DNA from: Roseivirga sp.
Lineage (GTDB): Bacteria; Bacteroidota; Bacteroidia; Cytophagales; Cyclobacteriaceae
DNA: 64,000 bases
NCBI GenBank assembly: GCA_965661435.1
Contig: CBFIDS010000123.1
Coordinates: 1,684 to 65,683, forward strand
Direction: 5' to 3'
This document shows positions 17,787-27,733 of this stretch, one piece after another. The notes below the pieces were generated by a model. It saw only the letters and a list, made by a program, of their open reading frames with translations. It ran no database searches and had not been told where the DNA came from. The stretch's first letter is position 1; the number at the start of each line of letters is the position of its first letter. The translations under genes and the position numbers were made by a program.

Positions 17787-19151
17787 ATGGCAAACGAAAG
17801 ATTTGAATTTGGCGCGGGACTTAAGAAGAAGATCACTATAACCTTTGTAGTGGGCGCGGTTATGTTGTTGATCGGAGGTCTATTTCCGCAAAAACATGAA
17901 GAGCATGGTGGCGAAGAGCATAGTGATGATCATGATACAGAGCAACATGATGAAGGACACGCTGATGCTATAACTAATGCAGATATGCAAGTTTTGACTA
18001 TAGCTGATGCTGAGGCAGAAGAAGGAGGTCATGAAGCAGGATGGTTCAAAAGGTTTAAAGTTGACCTTTGGATAAACAATGTTTATTTTGTAGGACTTGG
18101 CCTTATTGGAATTTTCTTCTTTGCCATTCAATACGCAGCACAGGCAGGTTGGTCGGCTTACATTGTGAGAATTCCACTTGCCATGGGGCATTGGGTTTTA
18201 CCGGCAGGGGTTTTAATGATTGCCAGTTGGTTTTTTGTGAATCATGATGTATTTCATTGGACACACTCTGATCTATATGAGGTTGGTGGTGCTCATTATG
18301 ATTCCTTGATAGTTGGAAAAAGTAGCTTCTTCTTCTTAGGTGAAGGAGGTGGTTTCCCCACATTCTTTATTTTAAGAATGGTGATTTTCTTTGGGGCATG
18401 GATCTTTTTATTTAGAAAATTAAAAGGCTTATCGCTAGCAGAAGATGAGTTAGGTGGAGATGGTTATTGGCACAAGATGAGAAAGTGGTCTGCCATTTTC
18501 TTGATCGTGTTTGCTGTTTCTTCTTCAGTCTCTGCTTGGGACTGGGTAATGTCGATTGACACGCACTGGTTCTCAACAATGTTTGGTTGGTATGTATTCG
18601 CAAGTTGGTTTGTTACGGGTATGGCTTTTATTACTCTTGTAACAGTTCTTCTTAAAGAAGCAGGTTACCTTCCTCAGGTTACTTCTAACCATTTACATGA
18701 TTTAGGTAAGTTCGTTTTCGCATTCAGTATCTTCTGGACTTATATCTGGTTCTCTCAATTCTTGCTAATCTATTATGCAAATATTCCTGAGGAGTCAGTT
18801 TATTTTGTTGAGAGAATGCTTAGTGATAAGTATGCACCATTCTTCTTCGTGAATCTAATCATGAACTTCTTCTTCCCATTCTTGGCATTAATGACAAGAG
18901 ATGCTAAGAGACTCAATGTATTCCTGAAGATTGTGTGTATAGTAGTAATGTTCGGTCATTTTATTGACTTCTATTTGATGATGACTCCTGGAACTATGGG
19001 AGAAGGCGGATTCTTCGGGTTCACCGAGATCGGTATGTACTTAATGTTCGGGTCAGCATTTGTATTTGTAGTAATGAGAGCTCTGTCTTCATTCAATTTG
19101 GTTCCTGAGAATCATCCAATGTTGGCAGAAGCTAAACATCATCATATATAA
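17787..19151 (+). CDS. actF: ACIII subunit ActF (membrane, NrfD-like)
   Basis: WDWVMSIDTHWFSTMFG, HLHDLGK, FSQFLLIYYANIPEE. Confidence 0.93.
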   Translation: MANERFEFGAGLKKKITITFVVGAVMLLIGGLFPQKHEEHGGEEHSDDHDTEQHDEGHADAITNADMQVLTIADAEAEEGGHEAGWFKRFKVDLWINNVYFVGLGLIGIFFFAIQYAAQAGWSAYIVRIPLAMGHWVLPAGVLMIASWFFVNHDVFHWTHSDLYEVGGAHYDSLIVGKSSFFFLGEGGGFPTFFILRMVIFFGAWIFLFRKLKGLSLAEDELGGDGYWHKMRKWSAIFLIVFAVSSSVSAWDWVMSIDTHWFSTMFGWYVFASWFVTGMAFITLVTVLLKEAGYLPQVTSNHLHDLGKFVFAFSIFWTYIWFSQFLLIYYANIPEESVYFVERMLSDKYAPFFFVNLIMNFFFPFLALMTRDAKRLNVFLKIVCIVVMFGHFIDFYLMMTPGTMGEGGFFGFTEIGMYLMFGSAFVFVVMRALSSFNLVPENHPMLAEAKHHHI

Positions 19152-19166
19152 TTTAGATATAAGAGT

Positions 19167-20201
19167 ATGTTCGGTTTTTATATAGCACTTGCAGTTTTCT
19201 TAGTAGTCGCAATTCTGTTGTTAATTTTCAGAATTACTAGACTAGTTAATGTTGTTAAGGGTACGGGAGAGGAGACAACGAAGAGTAGTAATAACATTAA
19301 TGCTGCCATGATGATGGTGTTCATGGTGTTGTTCTTCGGATTAGCCGCTTGGTATTCATGGGCAAATTTTGATGCTTATGATCCTCCCGTTGCATCTGAG
19401 CATGGTGAATTGACAGATAAATTATTCTGGAGAACCATGTGGATCACCGGTATTGTGTTTGTTATTACAAACATTCTACTATTCTACTTCTCTTATAAAT
19501 ACAGATATAATGAGAAAAGAAAAGCGCTCTTTTATCCACACAATAACAAATTAGAGTATTTGTGGACAGGTGTTCCAGCTATTGTGTTAACATGGTTGGT
19601 TATTTCAGGCTGGATGGCTTGGGATGGAATCATGAGTGAGGCACCAGAAGATGCAGAACAGATAGAGATAATGGGCTTTCAATTTGCATGGTCATTACGT
19701 TATGGAGGAATGGATAATGAAGTGGGTGATTATGACTATAGACTTATAGATGCTATCAATCAACATGGACAAGATTTCTCTGATAGAGCAAACTATGATG
19801 ACTTTATCAATAACTCATTGGTAATCCCAAAAGGGAAGCCTGTATTATTAAAGATTAGAGCTAGAGACGTATTGCATTCAGTTTTTATTCCTCATATGAG
19901 ATTGAAAATGGATGCAGTGCCAGGTATGCCAACACAATTCTGGTTTGTCGCGAATAAGACAACAGAGGAAATGAGGGTAGAAGAAGGTAATCCAGATTTC
20001 AATTATGAATTAGCTTGTACTGAGATCTGTGGTAGAGGACATTTTTCAATGAAGAAAAATGTAGTGGTTTTGGAACCTGAAGAATATGAGGAGTGGAAAG
20101 CTGACCAAGCTTCTTGGTTGTCTAAAAATCCTGATTATATGTCTCAAGTTCCTGAGGATATGAAAGAATTGGCATTAGTAACAGCCGGAATTAACGAATA
20201 A
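19167..20201 (+). CDS. coxB: Cytochrome c oxidase subunit II (CuA)
   Basis: DVLHS and CTEICGRGHFSM CuA ligands; QFAW. Confidence 0.96.
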   Translation: MFGFYIALAVFLVVAILLLIFRITRLVNVVKGTGEETTKSSNNINAAMMMVFMVLFFGLAAWYSWANFDAYDPPVASEHGELTDKLFWRTMWITGIVFVITNILLFYFSYKYRYNEKRKALFYPHNNKLEYLWTGVPAIVLTWLVISGWMAWDGIMSEAPEDAEQIEIMGFQFAWSLRYGGMDNEVGDYDYRLIDAINQHGQDFSDRANYDDFINNSLVIPKGKPVLLKIRARDVLHSVFIPHMRLKMDAVPGMPTQFWFVANKTTEEMRVEEGNPDFNYELACTEICGRGHFSMKKNVVVLEPEEYEEWKADQASWLSKNPDYMSQVPEDMKELALVTAGINE

Positions 20202-20219
20202 TTTTAACATCATTCAGAT

Positions 20220-22103
20220 ATGGCAACAGCAGTAGAAGCACAGATTGATGTACACGCTCATGACGATCATCATGATGATCACCACGAGCAGTCATTTGTT
20301 TCAAAATATATTTTCACGACAGATCATAAAATGATCGCCAAGCAATTCTTGATTACTGGGATTCTATGGGCAATCATCGGAGCTGGTTTATCAGTAATTT
20401 TCAGAATTCAGTTAGGTTTTCCTGATGCTGATTTAGGTTGGTTAAGACCAATTCTAGGTAAATGGATTAACCCAGAAGGGGCATTGGATCCAGAATTCTA
20501 CTTGGCACTTGTTACAATGCACGGAACCATTATGGTATTCTTTGTTCTAACAGCAGGTCTAAGTGGCACATTCTCAAATTATTTGATACCGCTGCAGATC
20601 GGTGCAAGGGACATGGCTTCAGGTTTTATGAACATGCTCTCTTACTGGTTCTTCTTTGTATCTAGTATGATCATGTTGACCTCTCTTTTCATTGAGACAG
20701 GACCAGCAGCTGGTGGTTGGGTTGTTTACCCACCTTTATCTGCTCTACCACAAGCAATACAAGGTTCAGGTCTAGGTATGACGCTATGGTTAGTAGCAAT
20801 GGTATTCTTTATTGCCTCATCTTTATTAGGAGGTATTAACTACGTTACGACCGTAATCAACTTGAGAACTAAAGGAATGACCTTCTCAAGACTACCACTG
20901 ACGATTTGGGCATTCTTTCTAACAGCAGTTATTGGTATCTTATCATTCCCAGTATTATTTGCAGCCGCATTATTACTTGTATTTGATAGAAGTTTCGGTA
21001 CATCATTCTATCTCTCTGAGATTTATATTGGTGGAGAGGCTTTACCAAATGTGGGAGGTAGTCCAATTTTATATCAGCACTTATTTTGGTTCTTAGGTCA
21101 CCCTGAGGTTTATATCGTACTTCTACCAGCATTGGGTATAACATCAGAGATCATTGCAACAAACTCCAGAAAGCCAATCTTTGGCTATAAAGCCATGATC
21201 ATTTCTATGATGGGAATTACATTCTTGTCATTTATTGTGTGGGCTCACCATATGTTCGTCTCAGGATTGAATCCATTCCTTGGTTCAATATTCATGTTCC
21301 TGACATTGATTATTGCAGTGCCCTCGGCAGTGAAAGTTTTTAACTATTTGACAACATTATGGAAAGGTAATATTGTATTTACCCCTGCAATGATGTTCTC
21401 TATCGGTTTAGTATCAGTATTTATATCAGGTGGTGTTACAGGTATATTCTTAGGTAACTCTGCCATTGATATTCAATTACACGATACATATTTCGTTGTC
21501 GCTCATTTTCACCTAGTAATGGGAGCAGCTTCAGGATTTGGGCTTTTGGCGGGTGTTTATCATTGGTTCCCAAAAATGTTTGGTAGAATGATGGATGCAA
21601 GATTGGGTTATATCCATTTCTGGTTGACCTTCATCGGTATTTATTCGATTTTCTTCCCAATGCATTACATAGGAATCGCTGGTTTTCCAAGAAGATATTA
21701 CTCATTCACCAATTTTGACGCATTCAGTGGATTTACTGATTTGAACATGTTCATCTCTGTGGCTGCTATCTTTGCGTTTGTTGGTCAATTTATCTTCTTA
21801 TTCAATTTCTTCTACTCTATTTTTAGAGGAAGAAAAGCTCCTGCTAATCCATGGAAGTCTAATACGCTTGAGTGGACCACGCCAAGAGTTCCTGGTCACG
21901 GAAACTGGCCTGGTGAGATTCCACATGTGTACAGATGGCCTTATGATTATTCTAAGCCTGGTGCTGAAGATGATTTTATTCCACAAACAGTTCCTTTCTC
22001 AGAGACTATGGAATCTAACCTTCCTCATGAGAACGATCTGATCGAGCTTGAGAAAGAAGAGATGGATGCTGAGGAGATTGTGGTAGATGAATCGAAGCAC
22101 TAA
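20220..22103 (+). CDS. coxA: Cytochrome c oxidase subunit I, A1-type heme-copper oxidase
   Basis: TDHK, TMHG, GHPEVY, WAHHM, HDTYFVVAHFH, PRRY. Confidence 0.97.
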   Translation: MATAVEAQIDVHAHDDHHDDHHEQSFVSKYIFTTDHKMIAKQFLITGILWAIIGAGLSVIFRIQLGFPDADLGWLRPILGKWINPEGALDPEFYLALVTMHGTIMVFFVLTAGLSGTFSNYLIPLQIGARDMASGFMNMLSYWFFFVSSMIMLTSLFIETGPAAGGWVVYPPLSALPQAIQGSGLGMTLWLVAMVFFIASSLLGGINYVTTVINLRTKGMTFSRLPLTIWAFFLTAVIGILSFPVLFAAALLLVFDRSFGTSFYLSEIYIGGEALPNVGGSPILYQHLFWFLGHPEVYIVLLPALGITSEIIATNSRKPIFGYKAMIISMMGITFLSFIVWAHHMFVSGLNPFLGSIFMFLTLIIAVPSAVKVFNYLTTLWKGNIVFTPAMMFSIGLVSVFISGGVTGIFLGNSAIDIQLHDTYFVVAHFHLVMGAASGFGLLAGVYHWFPKMFGRMMDARLGYIHFWLTFIGIYSIFFPMHYIGIAGFPRRYYSFTNFDAFSGFTDLNMFISVAAIFAFVGQFIFLFNFFYSIFRGRKAPANPWKSNTLEWTTPRVPGHGNWPGEIPHVYRWPYDYSKPGAEDDFIPQTVPFSETMESNLPHENDLIELEKEEMDAEEIVVDESKH

Positions 22104-23133
22104 AGGGAAATTATTTAGACGGTTTTCAGCCGTTACTATTATAGCCGTATACGTGCTTATTGCAGTAGGTGGCATAGTAAGAACTACTGGTTCAGGAATG
22201 GGTTGTCCAGACTGGCCTAAATGTTTTGGGAGTTGGGTTCCACCTACGGATGTAGCTCAACTCCCAATTGATTATAAAGACATTTATGTCCAGCAAAGAG
22301 TTGAAAAGAATGAGAGGTTTGTTGACTATTTAACAGCCTTTGGTTTCAACGATTTAGCATCAAAGGTTCTAAACGACCCTGAAGTACTTCAAGAGGAAGA
22401 CTTTAATGCTACCAAAACCTGGATAGAATATATAAATAGATTAATAGGGGCCGTTATCGGTATTCTGATCTTTGTCACTGCAGTGTTATCGATCAAGTTT
22501 TGGAAAGAAGACAGACCTATTACCGTTCTTTCATTTGTTGCAGTTGTATTAGTAGGCTTCCAGGGTTGGATTGGCTCTATCGTAGTTAGTACAAATTTGA
22601 TGGCATGGATGATTACAGTGCATATGCTATTAGCAATAGCCATTGTATGTTTGTTGATTTATGTTTATTACAGGTCTATCAGAGCTAATACATCTATCGG
22701 TTCAAGCAGGCTTACCAAAGTTAAATGGATCACTATACTCACTTTATCTCTAACCATAATACAGGTTGTATTGGGTACTCAAGTGAGAGAGGCAATTGAC
22801 GTTTTGGCTAAGACCCTTGAAAGATCTGAATGGGTTTCTAACCTAGGATTGACATTTTATATCCATAGGTCCTATTCACTCATTTTACTTGCTCTCCATA
22901 TTTATATCGTCTGGAAGTTATTCAACGAAGGTATTAGGAAGCGAGAGTTGGTTAGACCAACAAAGTGGCTATTGGCATTTGTGATTGTGGAAATTATGAG
23001 TGGTGCTTTAATGGCTTATTTTGGAGTTCCTGCATTTATACAACCAATACATTTGTTGCTGGGAACTGTTATCGTAGGTGTACAATTTTACATCTGGTTA
23101 TTGTTAAGAAATAAAGAATTGAAATTAGCCTGA
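22087..23133 (+). CDS. ctaA: Heme A synthase (COX15/CtaA)
   Basis: GMGCPDWPKC, EYINR, conserved His in TVHM, IHR and PIHL. Confidence 0.92.
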   Translation: MNRSTKGKLFRRFSAVTIIAVYVLIAVGGIVRTTGSGMGCPDWPKCFGSWVPPTDVAQLPIDYKDIYVQQRVEKNERFVDYLTAFGFNDLASKVLNDPEVLQEEDFNATKTWIEYINRLIGAVIGILIFVTAVLSIKFWKEDRPITVLSFVAVVLVGFQGWIGSIVVSTNLMAWMITVHMLLAIAIVCLLIYVYYRSIRANTSIGSSRLTKVKWITILTLSLTIIQVVLGTQVREAIDVLAKTLERSEWVSNLGLTFYIHRSYSLILLALHIYIVWKLFNEGIRKRELVRPTKWLLAFVIVEIMSGALMAYFGVPAFIQPIHLLLGTVIVGVQFYIWLLLRNKELKLA

Positions 23134-23137
23134 AATA

Positions 23138-24037
23138 ATGGTTGAAAATTCAGTAAATATTGGCATTCAATTATCACTCATGCAAAGGATCAAATCCTTT
23201 ATTGAGTTGATGAAAATGAGACTATCTCTACTCGTAGCGTTCTCATCGGCCTTCGGTTATGCCTTGGCCATGGGAGGTAGAGTAGATTGGATGCAACTAG
23301 CAGCACTGTTTGTGGGTGGCTGGTTGATCAGCGGGGCTTCTTGTACAGTGAATCAGGTCTTGGAGAAAGATTATGATAAACTGATGAAAAGAACCCAAAG
23401 TCGTCCACTTCCTACGGAAAGACTTAATAATAAAGAATCATATTGGTTTGCTGCGATCACTGCCTTAGTAGGTATTACCTTATTATGGGTTTCGACCAAT
23501 CTACTGACCGTTGGTTTAGCAGTTCTTTCAATGATATTATACAGCTTTGTGTATACTCCGCTAAAAAGAGTAGGCCCAATCGCTGTTTTTGTTGGAGCAT
23601 TCCCTGGTGCACTTCCGCCACTATTAGGCTGGGTTGCAGCTACTGGAACAATTTCTCATGAAGCCTTAATCATTTTTGGTATTCAATTCGTTTGGCAGTT
23701 TCCTCACTTTTGGGCTATAGCATGGGTGGCCGATGATGATTATAAAAAAGCCGGGTTCAAACTTCTACCTGTAAAAGGAGAGAAAGATATGAAGACTGCT
23801 TTCCAAATTATGACCTATACCTTATTCTTGATACCACTTGGCTTATTACCTACATATTTTGGGTTAACAGGGATAAATTCTGCTGTAATCGCCACAGTTT
23901 GTGGAGTGCTTTTTCTAGCCTCTACGATCAAGTTAATGAAAGACCAATCGCGTAAATCTGCATTGAGGATCATGTTTGGGTCCTTCCTGTATTTACCGAT
24001 CGTTCAAATCGCGTATTTATTAGATATGGTGAAATGA
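23138..24037 (+). CDS. cyoE: Protoheme IX farnesyltransferase (heme O synthase)
   Basis: DKLMKRTQSRPLP, YTPLKR, GALPPLLGW, WQFPHF. Confidence 0.95.
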   Translation: MVENSVNIGIQLSLMQRIKSFIELMKMRLSLLVAFSSAFGYALAMGGRVDWMQLAALFVGGWLISGASCTVNQVLEKDYDKLMKRTQSRPLPTERLNNKESYWFAAITALVGITLLWVSTNLLTVGLAVLSMILYSFVYTPLKRVGPIAVFVGAFPGALPPLLGWVAATGTISHEALIIFGIQFVWQFPHFWAIAWVADDDYKKAGFKLLPVKGEKDMKTAFQIMTYTLFLIPLGLLPTYFGLTGINSAVIATVCGVLFLASTIKLMKDQSRKSALRIMFGSFLYLPIVQIAYLLDMVK

Positions 24038-24621
24038 TGGTAGAAAATTACAAATTAGTAGATACTCCGGTTCAACAACCTTTATCAATGCATCCTAAGA
24101 AGTTTGCCCTATGGTTGTTCATCGTAACTGTTGTTATGATATTTGCAGCCTTTACAAGTGCACATATTGTACGTCAGGCTGACGGTGATTGGTTGATCTA
24201 TGACATTCCGCCTATGCTTTGGTACACCTCTGGAATCATACTTCTGAGTAGTGTATTCATGCAATGGGCATATTTAGCGGCTAAGAAAGATAAATTAGAG
24301 CAAGTCAAAGTCGCGCTGACAATTACAACAGGATTAGGAGTACTTTTTCTATTTGGTCAAATAGAGGCTTGGAATCAATTAACTGAAGCAGGAGTCTTCT
24401 TTGTCGGAAACCCTGCAGGTAGTTTTATGTACATATTCACCGGTATTCATGCGGTTCACTTGATTAGCGGTGTGATATATCTGATATATATGCTAATTTC
24501 GTCCTTCAGACATAAGGTGCACTCCAAAAACATGCTGAACATGGAGATGTCAGCAACATGGTGGCACTTTTTAGGTGGACTATGGATTTATTTGTTCATA
24601 TTTTTATTACTGAATCATTAA
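24034..24621 (+). CDS. Cytochrome c oxidase subunit III-like
   Basis: LWLFIVTVVMIFAAFTSA, TGIHAVH, WHFLGGLW. Confidence 0.9.
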   Translation: MMVENYKLVDTPVQQPLSMHPKKFALWLFIVTVVMIFAAFTSAHIVRQADGDWLIYDIPPMLWYTSGIILLSSVFMQWAYLAAKKDKLEQVKVALTITTGLGVLFLFGQIEAWNQLTEAGVFFVGNPAGSFMYIFTGIHAVHLISGVIYLIYMLISSFRHKVHSKNMLNMEMSATWWHFLGGLWIYLFIFLLLNH

Positions 24622-24635
24622 TAATAACCTGATCT

Positions 24636-25400
24636 ATGGCAACTACTGCTACAATGAGTAAAAAGACCCTTTGGGGTGGAGGCGTAGCTCCTTTAAAGGC
24701 GAGTTATGGTAAGCTGATGATGTGGTTCTTTCTACTTTCGGATGCTTTTACTTTTTCCGGTTTACTGATCACTTATGCCTTCCTAAGGTGGAGTGCTCCA
24801 GCATACAAAGGAGATCCTGAAGCCTTTACATTTTCAACAGAATATTGGCCTATTCCTGAAAAGGTATATGAAGCTTTCCCTGGTTTCCATGGGGTAGAGC
24901 TGCCATTGGTCTTTGTTGGTTTGATGACATTCATCCTTATTCTGAGTTCTGTTACGATGGTACTTGCTGTTGAGGCTGGGCATAGAATGGACAGAAAAGG
25001 TGTTGTAAAATGGATGCTTTGGACAATTATCGGTGGTTTTGCATTCTTAGGCTGTCAAGCTTGGGAGTGGTCTCACTTTATTGAAGGTACTGATGTAGCT
25101 ACGATCAGTGATGTAATGATCAATGGTATCTGGCGTGAGAATTATGAGATTTTTGGTGCGAACCTAAATTTTAACCAATATGGCCCTCCTGCATTCGCTG
25201 CATTATTCTTCTTCATTACTGGTTTCCATGGTTTCCATGTATTCTCAGGAGTAGTATTGAATGTGATTATATTCTTTAATGCAGCTACTGGTTTATATGA
25301 TCGAAGAGGACATTACGAGATGGTTGAAAAAGTTGGTCTTTACTGGCACTTTGTAGACCTTGTTTGGGTCTTTGTATTTACTTTCTTCTACTTAATTTGA
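24636..25400 (+). CDS. Cytochrome c oxidase subunit III
   Basis: MWFFLLSDAFTF, ITGFHGFHV, YWHFVDLVW. Confidence 0.93.
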   Translation: MATTATMSKKTLWGGGVAPLKASYGKLMMWFFLLSDAFTFSGLLITYAFLRWSAPAYKGDPEAFTFSTEYWPIPEKVYEAFPGFHGVELPLVFVGLMTFILILSSVTMVLAVEAGHRMDRKGVVKWMLWTIIGGFAFLGCQAWEWSHFIEGTDVATISDVMINGIWRENYEIFGANLNFNQYGPPAFAALFFFITGFHGFHVFSGVVLNVIIFFNAATGLYDRRGHYEMVEKVGLYWHFVDLVWVFVFTFFYLI

Positions 25401-25413
25401 TAGATTTTTCAAG

Positions 25414-25773
25414 ATGGAACAAACTACTAACGTAACGGTACAGCCGTTAGATAAAGAAAAAGTTAAAGGTATTTGGAAGGTCGCTTTGATTCTTGCAATT
25501 GTAACTGCAATAGAATATGTATTTGCCTTTACAATGGAAGCTGGAATGTTAAGAACTGTGATCTTCGTAGGATTAACAATTGTTAAAGCCTTCTATATTG
25601 TTTCTGAATTCATGCACTTGGGTCATGAGGTGAAAGGCCTGATCTATTCAATTATCCTTCCTATGATGTTCATTATATGGCTAATAGTGGCCTTAGTGAA
25701 TTTAGAAGGGGGGGCAATCAAAGATTCCAGAGGAATTATTGATTATGAGCCAGCTGCAACGGAACATTCATAA
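25414..25773 (+). CDS. Cytochrome c oxidase subunit IV family
   Basis: Three TM helices; KAFYIVSEFMHL motif; position in the operon. Confidence 0.85.
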   Translation: MEQTTNVTVQPLDKEKVKGIWKVALILAIVTAIEYVFAFTMEAGMLRTVIFVGLTIVKAFYIVSEFMHLGHEVKGLIYSIILPMMFIIWLIVALVNLEGGAIKDSRGIIDYEPAATEHS

Positions 25774-25813
25774 GGAGAGCACTAATTGAATTGGTATAAG
25801 AATATTATTTTTC

Positions 25814-25845
25814 AAAATCAGGCTAATCAAATGGCCTGATTTTTT
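25814..25845 (+). terminator. Intrinsic terminator after cox subunit IV
   Basis: AAAATCAGGC-loop-GCCTGATTTTTT. Confidence 0.8.
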
Positions 25846-25856
25846 GTTTATAAGCT

Positions 25857-26441
25857 ATGCGTAAGAAATCGGTCTTTCTCTTTTTATTAATCGCACTACC
25901 CGTGCTTATATTCCTCTTTCTAAAAGCCTTTGGAAGGAATGAATTCACTATTCCAGTTTACTATGAAAATGGATTGTCAGATTCATTATCTACTCCATGT
26001 CTAGATAAATCTAAACAGCAATATATAGTGAACAGTGAATTGGTCAGTGAAGGGCAGATTAATATAGTTCACTTCGAAAAGATAGATGGTCCTGTACTTA
26101 AAACGAGATTGGAGGAATTGGAAAGAGTTCAAGATGTCTTTTTTAATGATCCGGATGTTGAACTTGCTACTTATCTCAATGAGATAGCGATGAAGAAGTC
26201 TGATATAACAGATTACGATCAACGGATTCAGTTTTTAGATCAGTTCTGGAAAGTGAAGGACTTGGATTCATTGTCTTGGGCTGCTTTGAAGTATTGTGAT
26301 ATGGCAATGACGGATTTAGACAATAGAGTGGTCTTAGTTGATAAGAAAAATAGAATTAGAGGCTATTATAATATCTTAGAAAGAGAAGAAACCGATAGAC
26401 TGATTCTTGAGTTAAGAATATTGAAAACTGAATTAGATTAA
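25857..26441 (+). CDS. SCO/SenC-like membrane-anchored protein lacking CxxxC
   Basis: N-terminal TM; SCO-type C-terminus VVLVDKKNRIRGYYN...ETDRLILE; occupies the SCO position between cox IV and DUF420. Confidence 0.7.
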   Translation: MRKKSVFLFLLIALPVLIFLFLKAFGRNEFTIPVYYENGLSDSLSTPCLDKSKQQYIVNSELVSEGQINIVHFEKIDGPVLKTRLEELERVQDVFFNDPDVELATYLNEIAMKKSDITDYDQRIQFLDQFWKVKDLDSLSWAALKYCDMAMTDLDNRVVLVDKKNRIRGYYNILEREETDRLILELRILKTELD

Positions 26442-26442
26442 A

Positions 26443-26979
26443 ATGTCTCAAACACTACAAAAAGAAAAATCGATGGTATGGATTCGGATCTTTTCGATTG
26501 CCATACCTCTGGCAGTAGCCATCTTGTTGTCTTTGCCTACTAAGTTAAGTTTAGGTGATTGGGTTTATAACCTTCCACACGCTATTGGTGTGGTGAATAC
26601 TTTAACTGCGATATGTTTGGTAATAGCGCTTGTTGCAGTGAAAAAGAAGAATATAATTCTACATAAGCAGATGAACAGTGCCGCATTTATTCTTGGTGCT
26701 TTGTTCTTAGTTCTTTATGTCCTCTATCATGCAAGTGCAGAGTCTACTCCATATGGAGGAGAAGGTACCATTAAGTACGTTTATTATGGCTTATTGATCA
26801 GCCACATTCTCCTTTCCATCGGAGTAGTGCCATTAGTTTTATTGGCGTTCTTTTATGCATTGAATGATAAGATACAGAAGCATAAAAAGATTGTGAAGTA
26901 TACATTTCCTATCTGGTTGTATGTTTCTGTAACTGGAGTTGCAGTATATTTAATGATCAGTCCTTATTATGTACATTAA
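26443..26979 (+). CDS. DUF420 family membrane protein
   Basis: HKQM, FLVLYVLYH, LISHILLS, HKKIVKYTFPIWLYVSVTGV. Confidence 0.9.
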   Translation: MSQTLQKEKSMVWIRIFSIAIPLAVAILLSLPTKLSLGDWVYNLPHAIGVVNTLTAICLVIALVAVKKKNIILHKQMNSAAFILGALFLVLYVLYHASAESTPYGGEGTIKYVYYGLLISHILLSIGVVPLVLLAFFYALNDKIQKHKKIVKYTFPIWLYVSVTGVAVYLMISPYYVH

Positions 26980-27014
26980 TCGGAATTCAGCTGTTTGAAC
27001 GTTAACTTTGAGTA

Positions 27015-27269
27015 ATGTTGAGAAAATTACAACGGTTTTATTTAGTTTTTGTCTTCATGCTTTTAGCATCCCTTGAAGGGTACGCTCAATGTGCGATGTG
27101 TAGAGGTTCTGTAGAGTCTACTGTGAGCGCTGGAGAGACTTCAATGGCGGCTAACTTGAACTTAGGTATACTTTACTTGTTTTTTACTCCATATATTATG
27201 GCCGCTGTTATTGCCTTTATTTGGTATAAATACAGTAGAAAAAGCAAAAGGAATGTCAAAACGGTCTAA
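27015..27269 (+). CDS. Small membrane protein with signal peptide and QCAMC motif
   Basis: AQCAMCRGSVES...LNLGILYLFFTPY, then a TM helix and basic tail. Confidence 0.75.
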   Translation: MLRKLQRFYLVFVFMLLASLEGYAQCAMCRGSVESTVSAGETSMAANLNLGILYLFFTPYIMAAVIAFIWYKYSRKSKRNVKTV

Positions 27270-27633
27270 GGCATTAGCGGTTATTCAGGGACGATGCCCG
27301 CAATGTAGAGAAGGTAAACTCTTTCCTCATTCATCCTATAACCTTTCTAAATTCACCAAGATCAACGATACCTGTTCTGAATGTGGCGTTAAGTTTGAAA
27401 GAGAGCCTCGCTTCTTTGATGGTGCTATGTATATCAGTTATGGATTATCGGTAGGTCTTTTTCTGGTTTCAGCCTTTATCATTTATTTCTTCTTCCATCC
27501 AGTCTCTGAGAATGTATACATGATCGCTATTATCTCAGAAGTTATAATTCTTTATCCTATTATGTTCCGATATTCAAGAATCTTCTACCTCTATTTGTTT
27601 GGGGGCTTGAAATTTGGTGGGGATAAGAAATAG
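27253..27633 (+). CDS. DUF983-like Zn-finger membrane protein
   Basis: CPQCREGKLF...CSECG...EPRFFDGAMYISY plus two TM helices. Confidence 0.8.
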   Translation: MSKRSKALAVIQGRCPQCREGKLFPHSSYNLSKFTKINDTCSECGVKFEREPRFFDGAMYISYGLSVGLFLVSAFIIYFFFHPVSENVYMIAIISEVIILYPIMFRYSRIFYLYLFGGLKFGGDKK

Positions 27634-27733
27634 ACTCCTTTTTTAGGCTACATTTTTGCTTATTGGATATCATCACCCTTGAAAAGGAAATTATTGTTAG
27701 ATTTCACTAGAATAATCCGATAGGTAGTAACGC

